A program made the position numbers and the translations under genes. A DNA stretch of 64,000 nucleotides from a virus (Duplodnaviria > Caudoviricetes), in IMG/VR virus record IMGVR_UViG_3300047321_000298, positions 32,001 to 96,000 of that record; one strand, written 5' to 3'. Under the pieces are notes generated by a model. It saw only the letters and a program-made list of their open reading frames with translations, did no database searches and was not told where the DNA came from. Below, piece by piece: positions 38,640 to 47,932 of this stretch. How positions within the stretch are numbered: position 1 is the stretch's first letter; every line of letters begins with the position of its first letter.

Positions 38640-38851
38640 TGTTTGTAGTATTTCCGTTCGATTCGTTTTTGTATGTGAGCACCTCGATTGTCGTCAGGTG
38701 GATCAAACAATGGTTGGCACTGCTCAGCCTCAAAGACTTTCGCTTGTTCGACAAGAATTTTTGCGATGTTCTCTGACAAAGGGGTGGGCCCAACAACGAG
38801 GATTGGCGTTCGATCACGTTGTGGTGAATCTTTCGGCTTCTGGTCCATCAC
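38594..38851 (-). CDS. Hypothetical protein
   Basis: GGAG RBS; ORF in the operon. Confidence 0.5.
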   Translation of the reverse strand: MMDQKPKDSPQRDRTPILVVGPTPLSENIAKILVEQAKVFEAEQCQPLFDPPDDNRGAHIQKRIERKYYKQWEQNLRSKMRSRVR

Positions 38852-39137
38852 TATCTCCGTTCGTCCACTGGCTAAGCCACTCCCGCTCCTGCTCTACCCA
38901 CCAGTCAGGCGGTCGCACATCTATGTTCAAAAATCCAGTTTGTAGGGACTCAGGCGGGTTATTCGATTCGTCGCAGACCACGATGTATTGAAGCGGTTCG
39001 ATTGAACCCTCGTTCTTCCACTTCTCCAGCAACTGATGCGCACGGTTGGTGATTTCACGCAGCAGCATTGGACTGATGGGTTCAGAGAGGAATTCATCAA
39101 CTAGCAAGTCGCGCAGATACTGAGCGTTGACTGACAT
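38814..39137 (-). CDS. Stand-alone tail-sheath C-terminal-domain-like protein
   Basis: EFLSEP...G.I...YIVVCDESNNPPE...G.LNIDVRP resembles the sheath C-terminal signature. Confidence 0.6.
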   Translation of the reverse strand: MSVNAQYLRDLLVDEFLSEPISPMLLREITNRAHQLLEKWKNEGSIEPLQYIVVCDESNNPPESLQTGFLNIDVRPPDWWVEQEREWLSQWTNGDSDGPEAERFTTT

Positions 39138-39383
39138 CTAGCGCCTCCCAGTCCGAGCACGTGCTCGCTTCTTGTCTCGATGGAGGGCTTTACGAAGCGC
39201 TCGATTTTTACGTCGAGCTTCTTCGGGGCGCTCCCAGCTATTGCCGTGGTACACGATCCATCCAGAAGCGCCATCCGGTGGTGCGGGAAGTGTTAGCGTA
39301 AGAGTGTTCGACTCCGAGTCTGTGCAATCGGGAAGCTCTCTCCAACCGTTGCCGAAGGCCACATGCGTTGTCCTGAATTCCAC
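39138..39383 (-). CDS. Hypothetical protein, basic C-terminus ...RARARTGRR
   Basis: GTG start overlapping the upstream TAG. Confidence 0.55.
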   Translation of the reverse strand: MEFRTTHVAFGNGWRELPDCTDSESNTLTLTLPAPPDGASGWIVYHGNSWERPEEARRKNRALRKALHRDKKRARARTGRR

Positions 39384-39598
39384 TAGCGTCTCCCAGTGCG
39401 TGCACGCGCCTGCTTCTTACGGAGGTTCGCGCGCAACCTGCTGCTGCGAATAACCTGACGCCATATTTCACCAAACTGCACGTCCTGAACTTGCGTAACC
39501 TGCGCTGCAGCGGATTCCCATGACGGGCCGTCGTCAAGCGTGAAGATCGGGAGGTTCACCCCGCGAAGAGCGGGCTGGCGTTCTTCACTTACTTTCAT
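39383..39598 (-). CDS. Hypothetical protein, basic C-terminus ...QARARTGRR
   Basis: C-terminus duplicated with its neighbour. Confidence 0.55.
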   Translation of the reverse strand: MKVSEERQPALRGVNLPIFTLDDGPSWESAAAQVTQVQDVQFGEIWRQVIRSSRLRANLRKKQARARTGRR

Positions 39599-40607
39599 TT
39601 TGTGTCCTCACGTGAGACAGCGATTTCTCCACGAGAGAGACGACAGACTTCGGAAGCTTCACGCCGGTTAGGTGCAGAGATACGGACTCAGCAAATAGCT
39701 CAGCGACGCTCTTTGTGGCGTACTCGGTGACCAGCGGCTTCAGGTCGTTCATCGAGACGCCTGACACGGGCCACACCTCGCGAATGTCGTCTTTGAACCC
39801 GGCTTCGAACAGAACGTCCAGTTCCTTGATCGAGAGCTTGTGCTGCTGCTTGATGTGCTTCAGTATCCACTTCAGGGCCAGTGAATTTTCTTCGTCCAGT
39901 TGACCCTTGAAATCAGAGGGGAGGTCCTCTTGAGACAGAAACTGGTCCAGCAACTCAGTGCACACCTTCTTGTCGATGTCTTCGACCAGGATCGTTGAGT
40001 TGTACAGTTGGACCCACTGACCACGCAGCGACTTCGAGTGCAGAAACTCGCGGTCCATGTGGTGTGCGTGCTCGTGCAGGATGACCCACAGATAGTCTTT
40101 CGGCTCAACCATTTCCGGCCGGAAGATGAAGCGGTGCGGATTCTTTTCGGGATCGCGCGAACGCTTGTACATACCGCAATACTTCTCGCCGTTGTAGCGC
40201 TGGATTTCCCAGATGCTTGATTCCGGCTGAATCGTAAAGTCCAGACGTTGTTGCTTGAGAACGCGTGCGGCTTTATCGAAGGACTTGAAGATGCGTTCAG
40301 CAACTTCCTGTTCTGGTTTATAGAACCAGTAAAGGGTGCCAAACTGATCATGCGTCTTGCGACCCTTGTACAGCGTCGTCAGATCGCAGTCGTACGCTTT
40401 GCCCGGTCGTGGGCTGCGCCCAAGATTTATGATGATGTCTTTGGTCGGAACCTCAACGGTTTTACGCAGGGCGCGCACATGAGAATCCTTTTCGAGGGCC
40501 CCCACGACAATCCCTTGATCAACACCGGACACCTTGAAAAGAAAATTCTTGCCGCTATCGCCAGTACTGGCAATGACGTAGTCACCACTTTCGAATTTGG
40601 ACATCAC
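39585..40607 (-). CDS. Putative zincin metallopeptidase
   Basis: ILHEHAH (HExxH) and distal EYATKSVAELFAE. Confidence 0.6.
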   Translation of the reverse strand: MMSKFESGDYVIASTGDSGKNFLFKVSGVDQGIVVGALEKDSHVRALRKTVEVPTKDIIINLGRSPRPGKAYDCDLTTLYKGRKTHDQFGTLYWFYKPEQEVAERIFKSFDKAARVLKQQRLDFTIQPESSIWEIQRYNGEKYCGMYKRSRDPEKNPHRFIFRPEMVEPKDYLWVILHEHAHHMDREFLHSKSLRGQWVQLYNSTILVEDIDKKVCTELLDQFLSQEDLPSDFKGQLDEENSLALKWILKHIKQQHKLSIKELDVLFEAGFKDDIREVWPVSGVSMNDLKPLVTEYATKSVAELFAESVSLHLTGVKLPKSVVSLVEKSLSHVRTQNESK

Positions 40608-40618
40608 ACAGACCTATA

Positions 40619-40653
40619 GAAAAAGGCCCGAACCTTGTTTCAGGATCGGGCCT
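40619..40653 (-). terminator. Intrinsic terminator
   Basis: AGGCCCGA...TCGGGCCT followed by TTTT. Confidence 0.7.
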
Positions 40654-40675
40654 CGTACACGGAGCAGACGGGCAC

Positions 40676-41776
40676 TTATTGGGCCATCACCTGGACAACG
40701 GGAGCTTGCGGAACGACAGGGATCACAATCGGTTGCGGAACCGGCTGCGGCTGAATCGTGATCGGCGTCTCGACCACTTCCGGGGCGGGTGTGGGCGCTG
40801 CGACTTCGGCAGGGATCAGAGCTTCAGTGACCACTGCGGGAGCCTCCACGGCTGCTTCCGGTGCTCCTGCGACCGTTTCTTGCGCGGCTAGGATCGTAGC
40901 CGGATCGAACTCGCTTTCTGCGGAGCTAACAACGGGCTGCGTTGCTACGGGGCCAAGCTCCACAGCTTCCACGCCCGGGGTCGGTGCCGTATCGAGCGTC
41001 TTGTTCGCCGTGCCCACCAGAACCGCAGCGTACAGGCCGTTCACCGAGTATTCAGGAACGATGCCGATCCATGCGTCCCACACGATTTCGTCACGGCGGA
41101 ACTTCGTCAGGACCGTGAAGTAATCGACCGTGTTGACTTCTGTTGACGGGTGGAACACTTCGCGCAGCGACTCTTCCGTGATGTTGCCTTCGAGCGGGAA
41201 GAGCAGCTTGTGTTCGGTCAGGTCGTATTGTTCGTTGGGCGAGTTCGAGTACAGAACGACTGCCTGCGACAAGTCTTCAGCCGTCAGCTTCGGCATGCGA
41301 AGGTCCGGATTCTGAGAGATTGCGAACGACACGCTCAGATGCGTCGGCTCTTCGTTGCTCGCGGTCAATTCGCGCAGCATCTGCTCCGCAAGCGTCTCGT
41401 CGGAGTTTGTCGTGGCCGGTGCGCGAACAATCAACGAATCTTCGTCTTCGCCGTCGTCCGTGATTTGGATTACCGCGTCGTCTTCGTCTTCAAGGGTGCT
41501 GTAATCAGCCGGGTTGAAGACGATCAGGCGATTCAGGCGCTGTTCAAGCTCGCCATCGACGTTGTAGAACTGGTAGACCTTCAGAAACTTGTCCACGTCA
41601 CGGTTGTACACGTTGCCTTCAACGTCCGTGTAGATGACCTGTGGCGGATGGTCTTCCTGTGTTTTCGGGCTCAGGGTCAGGTTCGTCAGGAACAGGAATT
41701 TGACCTGGCTACCGTCCTTGCGCATCCATACACTGCCTTTTGACAGTTGCAAATCGAGGTTTTCGTTAGACGACAT
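40676..41776 (-). CDS. Acidic hypothetical protein with P/A/V/E-rich tail
   Basis: AGGA RBS; own terminator. Confidence 0.75.
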   Translation of the reverse strand: MSSNENLDLQLSKGSVWMRKDGSQVKFLFLTNLTLSPKTQEDHPPQVIYTDVEGNVYNRDVDKFLKVYQFYNVDGELEQRLNRLIVFNPADYSTLEDEDDAVIQITDDGEDEDSLIVRAPATTNSDETLAEQMLRELTASNEEPTHLSVSFAISQNPDLRMPKLTAEDLSQAVVLYSNSPNEQYDLTEHKLLFPLEGNITEESLREVFHPSTEVNTVDYFTVLTKFRRDEIVWDAWIGIVPEYSVNGLYAAVLVGTANKTLDTAPTPGVEAVELGPVATQPVVSSAESEFDPATILAAQETVAGAPEAAVEAPAVVTEALIPAEVAAPTPAPEVVETPITIQPQPVPQPIVIPVVPQAPVVQVMAQ

Positions 41777-41818
41777 TCTAAAAATCCTTTAGGGAAGGGG
41801 TTACGCCTGCTTCATTAG

Positions 41819-42193
41819 TTATTTACTCGTCGCAGGTGCATCTTTCGCAGGTATTTGTGCACCCGCTTTCACGTTTATATTCAACAACTTAGAGGTCAGT
41901 TGCACGTATCTGGCAAAGCGTCCGGAGCAGTCGGTATAAGCGTTTGCCCATGCAGAAATGGGGTCCAACGTGTCGCTTTCTGAGTACGGCCGGGTGTCAA
42001 GCGAAGCCATCGGCGTGCAGGGTGCGATTAGCTGCTCGTCAATCGTTACGGACTGCTTGGCAGCAACGGTAGCCGGTAGGTCAGGGGCCACAGGTTTAGG
42101 CGGGGCCATTGAGCAGCCGCTAACAAGCACGGACACGCCGACAACAAAAAGTGCAAGTGCCACCAGCACTAGATCGCTCTTCTGTAGCTTCAT
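41819..42193 (-). CDS. Outer-membrane spanin (Rz1-like lipoprotein)
   Basis: Signal peptide with lipobox LVSGC, Pro-rich; follows the i-spanin. Confidence 0.78.
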   Translation of the reverse strand: MKLQKSDLVLVALALFVVGVSVLVSGCSMAPPKPVAPDLPATVAAKQSVTIDEQLIAPCTPMASLDTRPYSESDTLDPISAWANAYTDCSGRFARYVQLTSKLLNINVKAGAQIPAKDAPATSK

Positions 42194-42600
42194 TGAGATG
42201 CCCCGATAGGTGCTGAGGCAGGCGACTCAGCTTTCAGTATGTTGTTGATCGCTTGGACCGTTGGCAGAGACCAGCCGCACGATTTCGCTGTTTGCGGATT
42301 GGCTTCGCGATACTGCGTGACAACGCGCGACCGGGTAGTCATGGCCGCGAACGTAGCTGAGGCTGCGTCGGCGCGTGCGGCCTGCGCGTCACTCTCGAAC
42401 TGCTCCAGCTTGCCGTTGTTTGCTGCAACCTGGAGATTGTTCGCATCGACCATCTTGTTGATTGTGGTTTGCTGCGTGTCCCATGCCACTTGATAGCCCT
42501 TGCTGTAGCCGTGACTCGAACCGGCCTCAAACGCACCGAGTAGAATCGCTAGGACTGCCACAAGGGGTAGCACGTACTTCAAAAGTAACGTTCCAATCAT
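42190..42600 (-). CDS. Inner-membrane spanin (Rz-like)
   Basis: N-terminal TM followed by a coiled coil; precedes the lipoprotein. Confidence 0.72.
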   Translation of the reverse strand: MIGTLLLKYVLPLVAVLAILLGAFEAGSSHGYSKGYQVAWDTQQTTINKMVDANNLQVAANNGKLEQFESDAQAARADAASATFAAMTTRSRVVTQYREANPQTAKSCGWSLPTVQAINNILKAESPASAPIGASQ

Positions 42601-43640
42601 TCCTGCACCTCGCACGAGAAGTATTTCGATTTGATACGGTCGATAATCCACGCGGGACAGTTGCCGGGATCAAACAAATCAACCCCGTCCTCTTTCGCGC
42701 GTTTCGACGGCTCCGGATAATGCGCATATAGCTGGTAGGGCGAACCCTTCACGGCCCACAACCTGATGGCCACAACGTCGAAGAAATTCCTTAGCTGGGG
42801 TTTCAATTTGTCGGTTGCGTCGATGCCCGCATCGTCACCGTCCATCATCAAAATGATGCGTTCGACTCCTGAGATTTCCAGCAGACGGGACTTTTTGTCG
42901 GACCAGGACTGGGTGCCGAAAATACACACAGCAGGAATGCCGGACATAATCAAACGCAAGGCATCTCGCTGACCTTCGACCAGCACCAGCGTGTTCAATC
43001 CCATGTCCTTCATCATCTGCAACGACAGATCGAATGGCCACAATCCGCGCGATTTTGACCAGCCGTCGTGATCGATGGCAGCGGCCAGCAGGTAGGAGGG
43101 TTTGTCCTTTTTCTTCTTCAGACGTGCGAGAAAGAAGCCTTCGGTTTCACCCTTGACGACGACCGGGAAATGAATGAATTTTTCTGTTCCCCATTTTTCA
43201 TATTCTTCGAACCACCGATAACAAAAACGAGCGCCAAGCTCGATCAGGAGATTCGTGGGTATCTGACGCCAGAATTTGTTTCGGGGAAGCTTCGAGAACT
43301 TGAATTTGTCCTTGCGATATTTCTCTTGGACAGTGAGCATCGATAGACCTTTGCTCATTAACAGGTCCATCGCTTCCTCATCCTTGGGCGGCCCCTTGGT
43401 GTAGGGCTGCAGTCCCAAGCGAGGTGCAACTTCGTCCCACGTAGCACGAGCAGGGCACGCAAAGCATTTGAAACGGCCTAGCCCACGTTCCCCTAACCAG
43501 ATGCTGCCTGAGGGCGTCCGCTCGCTGTGGTAGGGGCACAGGATCATCACCCGGTTACCTGCGTCTTTCTTCTGCCCCGCGTACCGTGCTAGCTGATCAC
43601 GGATGAAGTTGTATTTATTCTGCCGATCAATCGCGTCCAT
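42597..43640 (-). CDS. dnaG: DNA primase (Zn finger + TOPRIM)
   Basis: CPYHSERTPS...CFAC; LVEGQRDA; MDGDDAG. Confidence 0.9.
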   Translation of the reverse strand: MDAIDRQNKYNFIRDQLARYAGQKKDAGNRVMILCPYHSERTPSGSIWLGERGLGRFKCFACPARATWDEVAPRLGLQPYTKGPPKDEEAMDLLMSKGLSMLTVQEKYRKDKFKFSKLPRNKFWRQIPTNLLIELGARFCYRWFEEYEKWGTEKFIHFPVVVKGETEGFFLARLKKKKDKPSYLLAAAIDHDGWSKSRGLWPFDLSLQMMKDMGLNTLVLVEGQRDALRLIMSGIPAVCIFGTQSWSDKKSRLLEISGVERIILMMDGDDAGIDATDKLKPQLRNFFDVVAIRLWAVKGSPYQLYAHYPEPSKRAKEDGVDLFDPGNCPAWIIDRIKSKYFSCEVQE

Positions 43641-44364
43641 TTTCCGTTTTCCGTCTAGGCGGAAGCACATCTAGATTCGGGTTCTTGTACAGCACCGCTT
43701 CGAGCGCGTTAAACGCTTTCAGCAAGCCATCGGTTTCCGTGAACGTGTTGCCCCACGAGTACCAGCGTGAGCACAGACTTTGCGTGTGGATGAACAACGG
43801 CCGGTTGTAGATCGCGGGGTACCGATAGAACACGTACCGCGTTGGCTCCTGATCGCGGATTTCCGGAATCCAGGAGTCGTCCGTCGAAAACAGCAGCCTC
43901 ACAGACTTATTTACTACGTCGTAGCAGCCCGTGAGGTGTAGCGGAACTTTTTCGGCCAGGACAATGAAGTACGAGTGATCCGACTGGTTGTTGATGATCG
44001 CTAGATACGGATCGTCTAACAGCAACCGAACATCCGACATCATCTGGTTGAGCTTGTACAGATTGCGTGCGCCTTCGAATCTCGAATCTATTTCCGTCAG
44101 CAACTCTTTGAGTTTGGTTGTGATGGTCGCAGATGCCGGACCGGATTCAGATATCACCGATACAGTGAGATACTTGTTGCGCTGGGGGATCGCAACAACG
44201 TCCTCTGTCTTGTTCAGACTGGATATGAGCAGGGAATAGATACCGCGAAATCGGGATTCGGTGTGAGCCCCGTGTTTCGTCTGTTCGTCCCTGAAAACGG
44301 GGAACGGTTTTACTGGCGTTGTTGCAGCCAGCATCACCGAGCCATAGACAGATGACTCTTGCAT
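43627..44364 (-). CDS. Hypothetical protein
   Basis: ORF in the replication operon. Confidence 0.7.
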   Translation of the reverse strand: MQESSVYGSVMLAATTPVKPFPVFRDEQTKHGAHTESRFRGIYSLLISSLNKTEDVVAIPQRNKYLTVSVISESGPASATITTKLKELLTEIDSRFEGARNLYKLNQMMSDVRLLLDDPYLAIINNQSDHSYFIVLAEKVPLHLTGCYDVVNKSVRLLFSTDDSWIPEIRDQEPTRYVFYRYPAIYNRPLFIHTQSLCSRWYSWGNTFTETDGLLKAFNALEAVLYKNPNLDVLPPRRKTENGRD

Positions 44365-44385
44365 AGGGGAACCTCTGAGGGCTGG

Positions 44386-44757
44386 TTAATTCGTGGCGAG
44401 CATCTGGGGGACGGTGATCGCGCGGTTGCGGACCGTTCCACCAAAGAGGTGCGCGAGTTCGACGGGATTCTCAATCTCTGAATCCATGAGCACGTCAATT
44501 ACGTCGAATATCAGTAGCTCGCGCTGATCGGCCGTAGAGGCAAAAAACATCGTTGAGTACAGTTCCTGCTCAAAGACGTAAGTGCCTCTAGGCTCAGATG
44601 CGTCGTATGACGTGATGGTGAGTTGCATGTCGAACACGCCGCTAACCTTCGTCACAAACAGCAGATACGTGATGGGCGTGTCCTGCTTCTCCGCATCAAA
44701 TATCTGCCATTCATCATCACCAACCCGATCTACTGTGTATCGGGCCTGTGCTGTCAT
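44386..44757 (-). CDS. Hypothetical protein
   Basis: ATGA overlap with the polymerase stop. Confidence 0.65.
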   Translation of the reverse strand: MTAQARYTVDRVGDDEWQIFDAEKQDTPITYLLFVTKVSGVFDMQLTITSYDASEPRGTYVFEQELYSTMFFASTADQRELLIFDVIDVLMDSEIENPVELAHLFGGTVRNRAITVPQMLATN

Positions 44758-47700
44758 GCTTCTACTTCCTCCTTAATTGCGTCCCTGATCTGTGCGTCAA
44801 GATCGGGAACGTTCAGCAGCGGGAAATTCTTCTGGAGCCAACGGCGCGTATCCTTCATCGTCCACGGCTTGAGAATCTTCTCTAAAACTTCGGACTGTGA
44901 GCCTTCGAGCACGCCCAGTTCCTCCGAGTCCTTCAGGGTTGATTTCAGGCCGGAAATGAGGTTAGGCAACGACCAGTCCCACTTGTAGGTCTGTGCGTCG
45001 TGTGCCCCGATTTCGATTTCGATTTCGGGCTCGACCGTGAACTCGATGTTGAAGTCTTCGAGGTACGCTTGAGTCACGCCATACGTCGCCTGGTATTGCA
45101 GAATGTGGATGAACGGAATCACCATTTCGTAGGGGACGCTGTAGTAATTTGCGTCGTGCACAGTTCGATTGAACAGAACACGCCAGTCCCAGTTGGTCCC
45201 ATCGAGGCTTAGCCACTCCTTGAAGCGTCGCAGGTGCATGTAGTAAGCCTTCATGATTTCCCGCCCAGCCTTCACCCCAATCTCCGATGCCATACCCTGC
45301 ACTGGAGCGTTAGAACCACGCCGCACCTGTTCCGCAACGATTGCCCGGTTCTCTGTCATGGCCGCAGGCAGAAAGCGACGACGGCCGTTAGGCGCGTAGA
45401 CGTAATACTCGTTTTCTGCCATCTCCTGCATCTTCTTGGTCCAACGCGCGCCAGCTTTGAATTCCTTGAACATCTTGTCGATGATGTCCTGCGCGTAGCC
45501 CGTGCGATCTTCTTCGAGCAGGGCGGTCAGCTTCAGGTCAAGCTCTTCGAGCATCTTGTTGATTTCGATCAGACGCTTGCTGTCCTTCGTGACCAGCGAT
45601 TCTTCGTAGAGCGCGGAAATCTTGCCCTTCAACGAATCCATGTCACCCTTCTTCGTGTCGATACCCAAGGTCTTTGCTCCCTTGCCGTACAGCACGCCGA
45701 ACACAACCGCCTTCACGGCGTCACGGAGCGGGTGATCCTTGTCCACCAACTGACCGAAGAACCGGAGCACGTTCAAGATGTGGATGTCGCCTTTCTCCTT
45801 GATCGCCTTCTTGTTCTCGTCTGTCGGGTTCTTGATGAAGTCTTGGCGCAGCTTCTGGCCAGCACGGAACGCTTCGGCCAACACCTTGTCTCCAGCGATA
45901 ATCGACCACACGCGAACTTCGTGAGCAGAGTAGTCGTACCGGATCATCAGGTACCCTTTCTTCGCCACGAACATGCGCTTGATGATCTTCGCGAGCTTCC
46001 CGCGCGATGGAATCTGCTGAAGGTTCGGACCCATCGAAGCTAGACGGCCGGTGACCACGGCCCAGATCGAGTAGTCGGGTCTCAGGTGATTGTCGAACGC
46101 CGCGTCGATGTTCACGGTGAGCCGCTTGTACCACCCCTTGACGTAGGTGGACATCAACTTGTGCAACGCTTGAAATTCACCGTACAGCGAGATGATCTTG
46201 TTCGTGTCCTTGTAGTGAGCAACGAACGCTTTGTCGATGGCCGGTGCGCCCGTAGCAGTCTGAGATAGCGGCTCTAGCCCCAGGATATCGAGAAAGAGCT
46301 TCCGCTTGTGGAGCGGCTTCGTCAGCTTGAACATCCAGGTTGCTGCGACATTCTTGAACCCTAGTCCCGCAGACTTGAATCCCGACTCGTTCAGCAGTTC
46401 CTTGTTTGCCTGCTTTACTTCCCGGTGGACCTTGAACTCGCCTTCCGCCCGTGTCAGTTCCTTCTGGAGTGGCGACTCCGCACCGAGCAGGTGCTTCAGG
46501 TACGATTTCTGGATCAGAGACCCGTCCTGCTTCAAATGCGATAGCTGGTGAGCGGTGTCGCCCATCTGGCAGAGCATGTGCCGCAGGTAATACGGCTTGT
46601 AGTTCTGCCCAGCAATCTCCATGAACGACGAGCGACGTATCTGCTCTTTACGTATGTGGAAAATCGACACAACGTCAGTCGCAGCGTACGCCAGAAAGTC
46701 TTTGGATGACGGATCGGTCGAACCGGTGTTCGAACGTTCCTCTTTCGAGAATGCGGCCTTGAAATAGAAGTCGTTGCCGTACGAGCAGTAGATCGGCCGC
46801 AGACCACCGAACTTCGAACTGTCGTTTGCTGCTTCATCGCGGATCGACGTGACGTGATTAAGCGCCGAAATGTTTTCGTCTAGCTCGTGCTCGCCAAACG
46901 TCACTTCCCAAACGTCGTGCCAGATGATCGGAATCTTCAGGCATTGTCTGATCACACGCAAATCAAACATGCCGTTCATCGTTATGAGAAGCTTGCGATC
47001 CTCGTAGTCCTTCGAGAACCGTTTTTTCAACTCACGTTTTATGTACAGACGCTCGTCGTCCGTCCAGTGCACCAGCGGGTGATCAACAGGAATCACGTAG
47101 CCGGTTTCTGGCGCGTGGTCCATACAGAACTGGATCGTATATATTCGATTGAACAGGACCGACAGGTTACGTGTTTCCGTGTCTACCGCGATGATCCGCG
47201 CTTCATCGAAACGGCGCATCACCTGGTTGAATTTCTCAATCGTATCTACATACTTTGGCTTTGCCTGTATGTGCGAGAGATTGTGCGGCATCCTTCCGAT
47301 AAACAGATTCATCAGATGCCGACACCAGAACCCTAAGAGGTTTGCGTACTCGCCGTCCTTCTCCATGAGTTTGAAGAAGTCCAGGGTCGATACCACTTTC
47401 AGATCGAGCCCCTGGACCTTCAGTTCGTGGACCCACCCACGTTTGTATTGTGGGTGTTCGATCATCGGAAATAGCGCACGCATCGCCTGATCGCCGGACA
47501 CCAGGATGTGTGTCGGCTTGATTTTCTGAATCAGCTTGTGGATGCGTTCGGCAAACAGGCCCTCAGCCTCACGGCGATGGCCCGGACTCAAATGCAGATG
47601 TCGGAACGCGTTGAAGTTGGCAACCGTGTAAGCCGCTTCAGGTAGCCCCTTCTTCTGGTAGGGAACCGACAGCTTCCGTGCGTATTTGATAGCGTTCTTC

Positions 47701-47897
47701 ACCGGGGTCATCGTGTCCTGATGACCAAGCATCTCGCCTTCTTTCAGGTCCCGGATGTCTACCGTCTGCATCACGACCAGGACGCGGGTCTTTGAGTCAC
47801 CCCACGTCCTACACTGCTTGATGCCTAGCCCGTAAGGCTCGCGTTTGGCGAACGCTTCGGTTTGTATGTCAAATGCAAATGCCCGCTCAAGCAACAT
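44754..47897 (-). CDS. Family A DNA polymerase with 3'-5' exonuclease and N-terminal UDG-like domain
   Basis: AVDTET exo I; YDYSAHEVR motif A; RDAVKAVVFGVLYG motif B; NAPVQG; TVHD motif C. Confidence 0.93.
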   Translation of the reverse strand: MLLERAFAFDIQTEAFAKREPYGLGIKQCRTWGDSKTRVLVVMQTVDIRDLKEGEMLGHQDTMTPVKNAIKYARKLSVPYQKKGLPEAAYTVANFNAFRHLHLSPGHRREAEGLFAERIHKLIQKIKPTHILVSGDQAMRALFPMIEHPQYKRGWVHELKVQGLDLKVVSTLDFFKLMEKDGEYANLLGFWCRHLMNLFIGRMPHNLSHIQAKPKYVDTIEKFNQVMRRFDEARIIAVDTETRNLSVLFNRIYTIQFCMDHAPETGYVIPVDHPLVHWTDDERLYIKRELKKRFSKDYEDRKLLITMNGMFDLRVIRQCLKIPIIWHDVWEVTFGEHELDENISALNHVTSIRDEAANDSSKFGGLRPIYCSYGNDFYFKAAFSKEERSNTGSTDPSSKDFLAYAATDVVSIFHIRKEQIRRSSFMEIAGQNYKPYYLRHMLCQMGDTAHQLSHLKQDGSLIQKSYLKHLLGAESPLQKELTRAEGEFKVHREVKQANKELLNESGFKSAGLGFKNVAATWMFKLTKPLHKRKLFLDILGLEPLSQTATGAPAIDKAFVAHYKDTNKIISLYGEFQALHKLMSTYVKGWYKRLTVNIDAAFDNHLRPDYSIWAVVTGRLASMGPNLQQIPSRGKLAKIIKRMFVAKKGYLMIRYDYSAHEVRVWSIIAGDKVLAEAFRAGQKLRQDFIKNPTDENKKAIKEKGDIHILNVLRFFGQLVDKDHPLRDAVKAVVFGVLYGKGAKTLGIDTKKGDMDSLKGKISALYEESLVTKDSKRLIEINKMLEELDLKLTALLEEDRTGYAQDIIDKMFKEFKAGARWTKKMQEMAENEYYVYAPNGRRRFLPAAMTENRAIVAEQVRRGSNAPVQGMASEIGVKAGREIMKAYYMHLRRFKEWLSLDGTNWDWRVLFNRTVHDANYYSVPYEMVIPFIHILQYQATYGVTQAYLEDFNIEFTVEPEIEIEIGAHDAQTYKWDWSLPNLISGLKSTLKDSEELGVLEGSQSEVLEKILKPWTMKDTRRWLQKNFPLLNVPDLDAQIRDAIKEEVEA

Positions 47898-47932
47898 GGG
47901 TTGATCCTTAGTTCGAACTCTCTACTTGCTAT

